Shown: positions 48,820 to 59,243, counted from the first letter of the stretch. The stretch is DNA of 64,000 bases from Hyaloraphidium curvatum SAG 235-1 (GCA_025558095.1 JAIVFI010000010.1:1-64000); one strand, 5' to 3'. Program-made: numbers and translations. Notes: generated from the sequence alone by a model not told the origin.

Positions 48820-49611
48820 ATGTCCTGCACTTGTGGCGCCTTGGACGAGGTTATGGCGCTACGGAGACGCGTCGAGGTGTGCGAGTGGCAGCTTGCCAAC
48901 GCCGAAGCGCGAAGCGCGGAGCTGGAGCGCGAGAACGACGCGTTGCGAACCTCTGCTGTAGGGGCGCGATCCGGCGCCTCCCAAGGGCTCGGGGCCGCCG
49001 GCTATGGAACCTCCGGACATTCTGTGGCACATACGGATCCGGTCGTCGGGACTGCGCCCGCTTTGGCGTCCCCAGAGCAGGAGAGGGCAGAGGCATTCCC
49101 GGAGCTTGACTTGTCTGAGGACGGGGACAGATCGAACATCGGCGACGCGTTCTTGGAGCCCGAGCATGCTCAAAAACAAGCTCGGAGAGCAGCATTGGAA
49201 ACCGACGACGACTCAATGGACCCGCCCTACGACTCGGACGCCGAAGCGGATCTCCACTCCCGCACACCCCTCCGGACACCCCTATCGGTGTGCGAATCCG
49301 CCGTCCGCCACGCCGACGAAGCGTACCCGGACCACCTGACCCTACTGGAGCTCAAAACCCTGCTGGAATCCGACGCCGCGTTCCCCCCGCTGGGGGTGCC
49401 CGACACGTTGCCCGCGCTGTGGAAGCTCCTCCTCAACAACCGCACCCCGGGGACGCTGAGGATGTGGTCGTTCCCCGGCAGCGGGCAGGGGGAGCAGCGG
49501 AGGCTCGTGGGGTCGGGGGAGACGGAGGTGCCCGAGGAGCATCAGGGGAGAAGGGGGTTCGTGGACTACGGCACTGACGGGGTGGAGCCGGTGAACGATA
49601 TGTACCGATGA
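48820..49611 (+). CDS. Hypothetical protein with N-terminal coiled coil
   Basis: 263 aa ORF with ATG start and the heptad-like segment LRRRVEVCEWQLANAEARSAELERENDAL. Confidence 0.5.
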   Translation: MSCTCGALDEVMALRRRVEVCEWQLANAEARSAELERENDALRTSAVGARSGASQGLGAAGYGTSGHSVAHTDPVVGTAPALASPEQERAEAFPELDLSEDGDRSNIGDAFLEPEHAQKQARRAALETDDDSMDPPYDSDAEADLHSRTPLRTPLSVCESAVRHADEAYPDHLTLLELKTLLESDAAFPPLGVPDTLPALWKLLLNNRTPGTLRMWSFPGSGQGEQRRLVGSGETEVPEEHQGRRGFVDYGTDGVEPVNDMYR

Positions 49612-49739
49612 AGGAGTCGAAGCATGTTTTCTGCTGCGCCAACGTGGTCTACCGGGGCCTGTGTCGTAGCAAGCTACGGCCAAGTGCGCCCGCTAGCCCG
49701 TCGAGCAGGAGCAAGAAGTCTACTTCCGATTCCATCGCG

Positions 49740-51071
49740 CTAGTAGCTCTTGGGCAGGTCCAGCACCTTCTCCCCGATGAACGACATGATGAGCTGCTCC
49801 GACACGGGCGCCAGCCTCGTGATGGCCACCTCCCGGTAAAGCCTCTCGACGTGGTACTCCTTGGCGTACCCCATCCCCCCGAACGTGGCCATAGCCTGCC
49901 AGCACGCGTCGTGCCCGGCCTTGCCTCCGAGGAACTTGGCCGCGTTGGCCTCGGCCCCGCACGCCAGCCCGCGGTCGTACAGCCGCGCGGCGTGCAGCGC
50001 CATCAGCCACGCCGACTCGAGGTACATCCACCGCTCGGCGAGGGGGTGCTGGATGCCCTGGTTCTGCCCGATCGGCCGGTCGAAAACAACGCGCTCGCGG
50101 GCGTAGGCGGCCGCGCGGCGGAGGGCGTCCTGGCCGATGGCGATGGCCTCGGCGGCGATGAGCACGCGCTCGGGGTTGAGCGAGTGGAGGATGTACGAGA
50201 ACCCCTTGCCCTCCTCGCCAATGCGGTCGTGCTCGGGGACGAAGAGGTCGTCGATAAAGACCGAGTTGGAATCGACGGCCTTGCGGCCCATCTTTGGGAT
50301 GCGGTGCGCGGTGATTCGGCTGCGGTCCAGGTCGGTGTAGAAGATGGTGATGCCGTCGGTGGGCTTGGCGCACTCCTCGATGGGTTTGGTCCGCGTGAGG
50401 AGCATGATCTTGTTGGCCACCTGCGCCGTCGACGTCCAGACCTTCTGGCCCTTGACCACGTAGCCGCCGTCCACCTTGCGCGCAAACGTCTTTATCCGGG
50501 TCGTGTTCAGGCCCGCGTCGGGCTCCGTGAACCCAAAGGCCACGCGGTCCTGGCCGGCGATCAGCCGCGGGATCCAGCGCTGCTTCTGCTCCTGCGTGCC
50601 CTTGAGCACCACCGGGTGCGGCCCGAACAGGTTGACGTGCACCGACGACGCCGCTGCCATCCCCCCGCCGTGGCTCGCCACCTCGTGCATCATGACCGCG
50701 GCCTCGGTGACCCCCAGCCCCGCGCCGCCAAACTCGGGGGGCATCGTGATGCCCAGCCAGCCGGCCTCGGCCAGGGCCGCGTGGAACTCGAAGGGGAACT
50801 TGCCGTCCTCGTCGCGGGCCAGCCAGTACTCGTCCGAGAAGCGCGAGACGACGGATCGGACGCCCTCGCGGAGGGACCGCAGGTCGTCGTTGCCGGCGGC
50901 GAGATCCGCCTGCGAGGGCAGGGCGGGCGCGACGGATCCCGACGTGCGGGCAGGAGGGGCGGCCGGCGTCGCCAGCCCGCGGGGCCGCGAAAGTGAAGGA
51001 GCCGGAGCGAGGGAGAGCCGCCCGAGGGCGCCCCGCGCGCGGCTGAGCGACAAGAAACGCGCTCCACGCAT
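49740..51071 (-). CDS. Acyl-CoA dehydrogenase, bacterial-type, intronless, with mitochondrial presequence
   Basis: GWLGITMPPEFGGAGLG, FGFTEPDAG, GQKVWTS, FDRPIGQNQGIQHPLA, FGGMGYAKEYHVER, LPKSY. Confidence 0.93.
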   Translation of the reverse strand: MRGARFLSLSRARGALGRLSLAPAPSLSRPRGLATPAAPPARTSGSVAPALPSQADLAAGNDDLRSLREGVRSVVSRFSDEYWLARDEDGKFPFEFHAALAEAGWLGITMPPEFGGAGLGVTEAAVMMHEVASHGGGMAAASSVHVNLFGPHPVVLKGTQEQKQRWIPRLIAGQDRVAFGFTEPDAGLNTTRIKTFARKVDGGYVVKGQKVWTSTAQVANKIMLLTRTKPIEECAKPTDGITIFYTDLDRSRITAHRIPKMGRKAVDSNSVFIDDLFVPEHDRIGEEGKGFSYILHSLNPERVLIAAEAIAIGQDALRRAAAYARERVVFDRPIGQNQGIQHPLAERWMYLESAWLMALHAARLYDRGLACGAEANAAKFLGGKAGHDACWQAMATFGGMGYAKEYHVERLYREVAITRLAPVSEQLIMSFIGEKVLDLPKSY

Positions 51072-51201
51072 AGTTCAGAGGAAGAAAAATGGACTTTCTT
51101 TTGTACCTTGGCCGCTGCAGGCTAAGGTGAACGCGGGAGACGGTGGCAAGGACGAGACGCGGCAAGTTGTGATCGCGGTCCGACAAACAACCGACGCCGA
51201 C

Positions 51202-52557
51202 ATGTTGCAGGCCGCGCGGAGGGTCGGCATTCTTCTCCATGGGACTCGTTTTGCTCTTCGGAATGTACCCGTTTTCGCCGGCGCCGCAGTGGACTGCAGA
51301 TCGGAACGCAGACCGGACGGACCCGCCGTTCCCGTTCGCGGCTACAGCACGGCCTCCGGACGCGGATTCGGCACCCTGGACGGGCTCAAGGTCGTCGACC
51401 TGACGGCCGTGCTCATGGGCCCCTTCTGCACCCAGATGCTGGCGGACCACGGGGCCGACGTGGTCAAGGTCGAGGGCCCCGAGGGGGACACCACGCGGCA
51501 GCTGCCGCTGTTCAAGGGCCCCGGGCTGGGCTCCATGTTCCTCAACCTCAACCGCGGGAAGCGGTTCGTCGGCCTGGACCTGAAGAACCCAGCCGGGAGG
51601 GACGCGGTCCTCCGCCTGTGCCGCGAGGCTGACGTGTTCGTCCACAGCATGCGGGCGGACGCCGTGGCCCGCCTGGGCCTCACTTACGCCGACGTGGCCG
51701 CGGTCAGGCCTGACATTGTGTACGCCAACGTGTACGGCTTTTCCCGGCGCGGCCCGTACGCCAAGATGCCGGCGTATGACGACGTGATCCAGGCCATGAG
51801 CGGCATGGCCGGGCTGCAGCAGAGGATGCTGGGCTTCCCGACCTACTCCGCCACCCTCGTCGCGGACCAGGTCTCGGGCATCACCGCGCTGTACGCGATC
51901 CTGATGGCGCTCTTCCGCCGCGAGCGCACCGGCCGCGGGCAGGAGATCGAGGTGCCCATGTTCGAAACCATCGCCAACTTTGTCCTCACCGGCCACATGA
52001 ACGGCTCGCTGTACGTCCCCGCCGAAGGCGAGCCCGTGTACCCGCGCGCGGCCTCGCGCAACCGCCGCCCGTACAAGACCAAGGACGGCTGGGTCGCCGC
52101 GCTCGTCTACACGGACAAGCAGTGGACCAACTTCTTCGCCACCGCCGGCCGCCCCGCGTGGGCCGACGAGCCGTACATGGCCTCGCTGAAGCAGCGCGCG
52201 GCGCGGATCGACGACGTGTACGCCAACCTGGCCTCGGAGGTCGAGAAGCGCACCACGGCCGAGTGGCTCGACATCTTTGGCCGCGCCGAGATACCCGCGG
52301 CGAGGGTCAACTCGACGCAGGACGTGCTCGAAGACCCGCACCTAAACGAGACGGGGTTCTTCATCGAGCAGGACACGGAGCTGGGGAGGATGAGGTTCCC
52401 TGGCCTGCCGGCGTGGTTCTCGGACACGCCGGGGAGGATCGACGGGCCGGCCAAGGCGCTGGGGGCGGATACCGCGCAGGTGCTTTCGGACTACGGGTTT
52501 TCGGACGCCGAGATCGCGGGCCTACGGGAAAAGGGCGCGATGGTCGAGCCGAAGTAG
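51202..52557 (+). CDS. Family III CoA-transferase (CaiB/BaiF) with mitochondrial-type presequence
   Basis: LDGLKVVDL, MGPFCTQMLADHGADVVKVE, NRGKR, GPYAKMPAYDDVIQAMSG (catalytic Asp region), LGADT. Confidence 0.92.
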   Translation: MLQAARRVGILLHGTRFALRNVPVFAGAAVDCRSERRPDGPAVPVRGYSTASGRGFGTLDGLKVVDLTAVLMGPFCTQMLADHGADVVKVEGPEGDTTRQLPLFKGPGLGSMFLNLNRGKRFVGLDLKNPAGRDAVLRLCREADVFVHSMRADAVARLGLTYADVAAVRPDIVYANVYGFSRRGPYAKMPAYDDVIQAMSGMAGLQQRMLGFPTYSATLVADQVSGITALYAILMALFRRERTGRGQEIEVPMFETIANFVLTGHMNGSLYVPAEGEPVYPRAASRNRRPYKTKDGWVAALVYTDKQWTNFFATAGRPAWADEPYMASLKQRAARIDDVYANLASEVEKRTTAEWLDIFGRAEIPAARVNSTQDVLEDPHLNETGFFIEQDTELGRMRFPGLPAWFSDTPGRIDGPAKALGADTAQVLSDYGFSDAEIAGLREKGAMVEPK

Positions 52558-52690
52558 GCACTTGTCGATTGACGACAGAGGTGCTAAACAGCAGAGCCAA
52601 GAACATTGATTGACGATAGAGGTCCTAAACAGCAGCAGCGCCCATTGCCCATGTTGAGTTTCACTGTCCATTCGCGCGCAGTTTTGATCG

Positions 52691-55632
52691 TCAGCTCCGC
52701 CCCATCTCCCTCCGGCGCCTTCGCATAGTGCGAGTTAAGCCATTTTGCCGACAGCCAAGATACGCGGTCGAGAGACGGTGTAGCTCCGTGGCGATGTCCG
52801 CCATCGCCGGCCGCTTCGCGGGTTCTTCCTCCCAGCAAGACTCCACGAGACCCCACACGTCATCCAGGACTCCGCCGGGGCGCGGAGGCCGTTTACCGCT
52901 GAAAATGGCCCTCATGATCTGGCCGGAGAGGTCAGTTGGGGCGAGGAGAGCGAGAAGTCCATTCAAGAAAGACCCACCGCGGCCGGCGAGGTCAGATCCG
53001 AGTACGGGTCGTGTCCGCCCGAGAGCACCTGGTAGCACATCATGCCGAACGTCCATACGTCTGCTTGCCTCCCCATGGGTTGGTGGTCGAAGAACTCCGG
53101 GGGCGCGAACCGGATCGTGGCCCCGTGGAGACCCTTGTACTGGTACTCCTTGTTGCCGTTGCTGTCCTCGATCCGGGTGCGGATCTTGGAGATGCCAAAG
53201 TCCGCAATCTTACCTACGGGGTTGCCCGAGCCGTCGACAGCCACGAGTACGTTGTCCGCCTTCAGATCCGAGTGCACGACGCCGAAGGAATGCAGGCGGG
53301 CGATCCCTGATGCGGCGTGCGCCAGCATGCGAACCGAAAGGGGCTTTGGCCAGCCCTTCGAGGCAAGGAACGACTTGAGGCTGCCACCGCTGCAGAGCTC
53401 CGTGACCAGAAAAGTGGGAGCGGTCCTGTAGCCGAGCAAGGGTACGACTGCGGGGAACGCGCGGTTCAGCAGGAGTTCAAGGAGTCTTGGCGTCGTACCC
53501 GCGATTGTCGTGCCGAGGGACGTCGATCCACATCTTCAGCTCGGCCTCAAACATGGCCTTGGCTTCCTGTTCCTCGAGCGTTGCATGCAGAACCTTGACA
53601 GCGACGTTCTCCCCTAGGAACCGGCCGCGGAAGACCTCCCCGAAGCCGCCGCTCCCCAGAGGCTGGTCCCTGAAGATCTGCACGTCGGCTTCCTCCACCC
53701 ACACCGCTTTCGGCTGCTCAACAGCTTGCTTCAACGTCATCGCGACGGATGCCATGGTAGGGCGGCGATCCGGCTCCTCCACCCAGCACAAAAGCACCGT
53801 GTTCCACACGGCGTCGGGAACGCCTCCCGGCCGCGGCGGACGATCGCCTTTGAAGATGGCCTTCATGATCTGCGCCCGTATCGCGGGTTAGTGAGCACCC
53901 GTGGAGCAGCTCGGTTTCCTTACGGCGGACGCCGAGTTGAGGTGGTCGTACGGATCCCTGCCCCGCGAAAGGACCTGGTAGCACATCATCCCGAACGACC
54001 ACACGTCGGACGGCTTTCGTAGCGGTTCGTCGTCGAAGAACTCGGGCGGCGCGTACCGCACCGTGGCCCCCGCCAGCCCGCGGTACTGGTACGCCTTGTC
54101 GCCTTTGGTGTCCTCGATCCTCGTCCGCACCTTGGCCAGGCCGAAGTCGGCGATCTTGCCCACCGGCGTGCGCGCACCGTCGTCGACGAGGACGTGCTCG
54201 GCCTTGAAGTCTGAGTGGATGACGCCTTTGGAGTGGAGGAACGTCATGCCGACCGCGGCGTCGGCGAGGAGGCGGAGAGACAAGGCCGGGTCCCAGTTCC
54301 GGGCGGGGTCGGCAAGGAAACTCTTCATGCTTCCCCCCGCGTAGAGCTTGGTGATGAGGAGCGTGGGAGAGGTGCGGTAGCCGAGGAGCGGGACCACTGC
54401 GCAAGGATCCGCGGTTGACCACAAAGCGAGAGGTGTTTGCCGGCCGACGCACCGTTCTCATGGGCGGGAAGCTCGGCCCACACCTTGACCTCCGCCTCAA
54501 GAAACGTGCTTGCCTCCTCATTGCTGTCTGTGTCCAGTGCAACCTTGACGGCCACATCCGTCAGCCCCAGGTACTTGCCAGGATAGACGGCACCAAAGCC
54601 ACCCTTCCCGAGGCAGCTCATTCGATTGTAGACAACGTCGGTTTCGTCCACCCAGAACGCCGTCTTGGAGCGAGCCAACGCCGGTTTCGCGTCGTCTCCG
54701 GCCGGAAGACCGCGCCCTGAACCGCTCGGCACAGCAGTACGAGTCAAAAGGTCGCTGGGCGCCCGCGCACCCGCTGCCTTCAACGCCGCGAGTTCTTGCT
54801 CTAGCTTTAACCTCTCGGCGAGCAGCGCCAGATCCTTCGCTTTGGCTTCATTCTCGAGGTCCAGGCGCCGGCGTTGGGCTTGTTCTTCCTCTTCAATCCG
54901 CCGACGTTGCAGCTCAAGCTTCTCGCGCTCGAGTGCGAGATCTTTCTCCCGGCGGCGACGTGCTTCCTCTTCCGCGGCCTGACTTTTGAGCACCCCCTCC
55001 TGATTCCTAGGCACCGCCTCTCTCTCACGGATCGCTTCGGCGGCTTTGGGTTCCGCCCTCTCACGTTGTTTTCCGTCCCCGAGCCTGAACATCCTCTTGA
55101 GCACGTCCGCAGCGTTCTCTGACGGTCCCTCCTTCGGCTTTGCTTTCAGCTCCGTGAACCGGTTCGGATCCCCCCCCTTGGACTCCCACTTCCTGATTTC
55201 CTTCGCCCTCATCGGATCCGACGCCAGTTGTGCCGGGATCCCTGCTTCCCAGATGTCCGCCGCCTTCTTGACGCAGTTGGGGTCGCCGGTCCACTTTGCC
55301 CCGTGTTCCCAAAAGGTCAGCGCTTGCTTGGTGTGCCCGGCGTTCTGGTACAGCTCCGCGAGGTATTGGATCGCGGGCAGATGGGGGCTCTTCTGGTCCA
55401 AAGCGGAGAGCTCGAGGCCAAACTGAACCTCGTCTCGGAGCACCTGGATCGTCTGCGCGTTCTGACCGTCCGGATATGGTTCCCGGGCGAGACGCGCGGC
55501 CCTGTCGCGCATCTCCATCGCCCGCACATAAAGCTTGTGCGGCGGCATCTTCAGCATCTCCTGCATCACTCTTGGGTCCATGGGGAGGGTGCCACGCACG
55601 TCCTTCGCCGACGGGGAGCCAAACGCTTCCAT
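52691..55632 (-). CDS. Tandem (two-domain) TKL-like protein kinase with N-terminal Sel1/TPR-like repeats and coiled coil
   Basis: Domain 1: GKGGFG, VAVK, HSDFKAEH, DFG, APPE. Domain 2: GSGGFG, VAVK, HSDLKADN, DFG, APPE. Four introns at paired positions. Confidence 0.88.
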
Positions 55633-55823
55633 CGCTCGTACGGATGCGCGCGGGCGGAGTCCTGCTGCCCTGCGCAGGCGAGCGCCTGTCCGTCCAGTCC
55701 CTGAGCGACAGACGCGTCGCGTCCGGGGCGCTCCAGAGACGGAGTGGGCCCGCCGTGCTGACGACCAATTTTACGGCGCGTGGCAAGGGAATTCCCTCCC
55801 GCCACCGCCGAGACACAAAGCTC

Positions 55824-57230
55824 ATGCCGGCCTTTAGCGCCGCCGAGCTGGCGACGCTGCTTCCAGGTTTCACTGCCAGCGAGGAGGAAAAGCCGTTCGG
55901 CCTGGACGTCTTCGGGGACGGCGTCGGAGGCGATCCCGACGTGGGAGACGCGCCGCCGGACCTCTCCTCGTTCCCAGCGCTCCGCCGGGCCGTCGCCGCC
56001 GATCGCACGATCGCGCGTCTCGCCGCGTTCCTCGGCCGCGGGCTGGGCGCGCTCTACTTTGCGGCATACATCGCGTGCACCGCCGCGTTGCTCGCGCCCC
56101 CCTTCGTGTTCGCCGACGGGCGGTACTCGCAGCGCGCCCTGGGTGTCGGCACCGCCGCCGCCGTCTTCGCCCCCGCTTGGGTGCTCCTGTGGTACACGCT
56201 GTTCGCGCTGCAGGCAGCGCCGTCGACCGCGACGCTCAACCGGACGGTGCTGGCCACCGTGTCCGGCTGGCACGAGCTGTGTTCGTCGCCCGAACCGTCG
56301 GAGCTCGTGGCACACCGGCAGGACCCTCTGCTGCCCTGCCCGTGCCAGGATTGTGCCGCGTGGCTGCCCAGGCTCGCCGGCAACGTGCGCCTGCCGCACA
56401 TCTTCCTGCACACCCTCAACGCGGTCTTTGCCAGCTGGGTCGCACCGCTCTGGACCCCCTTGGTCGTCCTTGCACCCGACCTGTGGACCTCGCCCTTTGT
56501 CGCCGCGGTGGCCGTCGGTCTGCCCTGCGCGCTGCTCACGAACCTGGTCCTCATGACCGCCATCGTCCCCGGCCACGCGGCGCTGATCGCCCTGTCGACG
56601 CGGCTGCAAGTCCGCGCCGTCGATCTCGTCCTCCGATCGTGCATGGCCGATGCCTATGCGCGCTTCGAGCACCCCGCGGTCGCCGACGCCCCGCCAGCCG
56701 TCGACATCCTCCCCCTCTCGACTCTCCACTCCCGCCTTTCTGCGCGCTGGCGCCGCGCTTCGGCGGAACTCACCGCCTCCCGCCGCACCTTCGCCGCCCT
56801 CTTCCCGGGCTGGATCGTCGCCGCCGTCATCTCCGCCGCCGGCGCGGGCTGCATCCCCGCGTGGCCGTTGCTCATCCTCATCAACGCCTCCATCGTGTTC
56901 TGGACCGACCTCATCCTCGTCGCCGCCTCGAACGAAGGCCCCACACGCGCGGCGGGGCTGTACCGCTCCGCCGGCCGGACCGCCGCCGAGCTCGCGCAGC
57001 GGTGCGGCGCTTCTGACCCCGCGCTTGCCTCTTGCCTGCGGGGATTCCGCGATGTGTTGTCCTCCTACGCCGGCGAGGACGACGTGCGGGCGAGGCTGTT
57101 CGGGTTCCCGGTGGATTGGACGCTGCTGCGGAGCCTGGCGGCGACGGTGCTCACGCTCGTGTTTGGCGCGTGGACGCTGCTGAGGTCGGCGGGGGTATGG
57201 TTCACCATGGAGACATACTGCCCGTCTTGA
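55824..57230 (+). CDS. Intronless multi-pass membrane protein, 7TMIC/GRL-like family, paralogue C
   Basis: MPAFSAAELATLLP; H..PCPCQDCA; AGAGCIP; ARLFGFPVDWTLLRSLAATVLTLVFGAWTLLR...YCP. Confidence 0.75.
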   Translation: MPAFSAAELATLLPGFTASEEEKPFGLDVFGDGVGGDPDVGDAPPDLSSFPALRRAVAADRTIARLAAFLGRGLGALYFAAYIACTAALLAPPFVFADGRYSQRALGVGTAAAVFAPAWVLLWYTLFALQAAPSTATLNRTVLATVSGWHELCSSPEPSELVAHRQDPLLPCPCQDCAAWLPRLAGNVRLPHIFLHTLNAVFASWVAPLWTPLVVLAPDLWTSPFVAAVAVGLPCALLTNLVLMTAIVPGHAALIALSTRLQVRAVDLVLRSCMADAYARFEHPAVADAPPAVDILPLSTLHSRLSARWRRASAELTASRRTFAALFPGWIVAAVISAAGAGCIPAWPLLILINASIVFWTDLILVAASNEGPTRAAGLYRSAGRTAAELAQRCGASDPALASCLRGFRDVLSSYAGEDDVRARLFGFPVDWTLLRSLAATVLTLVFGAWTLLRSAGVWFTMETYCPS

Positions 57231-57418
57231 GCATCCACGGGATGATGTATGCGTGGGAGGGCAACACAGCATGTGTTCGTGCGTTTGTCATCCGTCAACT
57301 TGCTCGTGGATCCGTCGCGATGGGTCGTCTAGCCAGGCAGGCACGACAAAAGCCCCAGGATCACTGAGCTGGCCGTCCACACCACCACAACAAACTCGCC
57401 CATCACCAGCCTCGCACG

Positions 57419-57672
57419 ATGGCCGAGCAACCGATGTCAGGCCCTTGGCCCGCGAATGCGATCTGCGTGACGTGCGGCGAGCCCCGCGAGCGCCTGTACG
57501 TGTGCAAGTGCGGCAACGCCTACTACTGCTCGGAAGCCTGCGCGACGGAGGACCGCCAGTGGCACAAACCGACCTGCGACCTGCTGAGTGGAATCAAGCC
57601 CGACGAACCCGTCCCTGGACCGCCCCTCCGCGCCGTCCCGCACGAAGTTTTCCCAATTTACCTTGATGCCCG
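57419..57672 (+). pseudogene. MYND zinc-finger gene 5' portion running into the antisense of LEU2
   Basis: CVTCGEPRERLYVCKCGNAYYCSEACATEDRQWHKPTC. No stop before the LEU2 3' end. Confidence 0.55.
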
Positions 57673-59077
57673 CTACATCCTGGCGTTCTTCGCGTCCCAC
57701 AGCTCGGAAAACACCTTCACCACCGCGTCCCCGAACTCGTCCGTGCGCACGGTCCTCCCCCCCGCCCCCTTGAGGTCCGGCGTCCGCATGGCCAGCCCGC
57801 CGTCCTCCTCGTCGTCCAGCACCTTCTTGACCGCGAGCTCGATGAGGCCGGCGATTTCGGGGAAGGGGAGGGAGAAGCGGAACATCATCGCGAGGGAGAG
57901 GATCGAGCCGACTACCGCCACCGAGAAAGGTGAGAAGCGATTCCCTCGCGTCCGTCGAGAGAACATACCAGGGTTCGCGATCCCCTTGCCCGCAATATCG
58001 GGCGCCGACCCATGCACGGGCTCGTACAGCCCAGGCATCTTCTTCTTGACGCTGGTCCCCGACGGCAGCGCGATCTCCCTCTCCTCGACCGGCCACCCGC
58101 ACAGCGACCCCGACGGCATCACCCCCAGGCTCCCCCCGCACAGCGCCGCGCTCTCGTCGCTGATCAGGTCGCCGAACAGGTTGTCGGTCACGCAGACGCC
58201 GTTGAAGGTGCGCGGGGAGGAGACGAGGAGAAAGGTCGCGGCGTCGGCGAGGAAGTGCACGGGGGCGGGGACGGGGGGGCGCCAGCCGTCGGTGGAGGCG
58301 GGGTCGGGGGAGAGGACACGGGTGACGGTGCGGCGCCAGAGGCGGGAGGTGGCCATGACGTTGGCCTTGTCTGCCAGGAATGGCGTTAGCGTGGAATCCG
58401 ACCGCATGCCCAAAGGAGACGCCATTTTGCGCTCCCTCCGGATGAGTCTGCTCACCAATGCTGGTCACCTTGCACTCGACTTGCGGCCCGACTGGGCTGG
58501 AAAGCGACGACGACATGTCCTTAGCGAGGTTCGCCGCGCTCCGGGCGATCCGTTCGACCTCCTCGACCCGGTAGACGGTCTCGTCCATGGCTGTAGGCGG
58601 CGATCCCGGCAGCCCGTTGGACTCGATCTTCTTCCCGAAGTAGGTTCCCGCGCAGTTCTCTCGGAGCGTGACGATGTTGACCCCCTCGAGCAGCTCGGGC
58701 TTGACCGGCGACGACCTCGCCAGGGCCTTGGAGGCCAGCTTGCACGGCCGCACGTTGCAGTACAGATCGAGCCGCTTGCGCAGGTGCAGCAGGCTGTCGT
58801 TGCGCGGGCCGCCGGGCACCGTGTCGTGGCGCGTGCCGCCGATGCTGCCGAAGAGGATCGCGTCCGACCGCGCGCACGCCTCCCACACAAAGTCGGGCAG
58901 CGAGGCGCCGTGCTTGTCGATCGCGTCGCCGCCGGTCGGGAGCTCGGCGACGTCCAGCTTGGTGCCGCGCGCCGCGAGCCGCGGCTGCAGGGCGCGGAGC
59001 AGCTTCACCGACTGGGCCGTGACTTCGGGGCCGATGAAGTCGCCTGCGAGGACGACGATGCTGTACGATTCGGTCAT
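57673..59077 (-). CDS. LEU2: 3-isopropylmalate dehydrogenase (2 introns)
   Basis: GDFIGPEV, LYCNVRP, RENCAGTYFG, SI|DKANV..SRLWR, NLFGDLISD, YEPVHGSAPDIAGKGIANP. Confidence 0.92.
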
Positions 59078-59243
59078 GGCGGCGGCGATGGAGGGCAAGT
59101 GCGATTTAGTATTGTCTCCCGCGCTCCTCCGCCACTCCGTGGCGCCGCTCGCCCCGTTACCGGCGGCGTCCAATGTTCTAGAGATCATTGAAAACGAAAT
59201 GACTTCAGATTTTTCAACACATGTACAGCTAGACTTCCGTGTT

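Noticed and set aside
49720-52341. Long overlapping ORFs (873 aa minus; extension of the 693 aa plus ORF) and many similar antisense ORFs
   Set aside because: These are shadow frames expected from high GC3 codon usage, with R/P/G/A-rich translations and no motifs.
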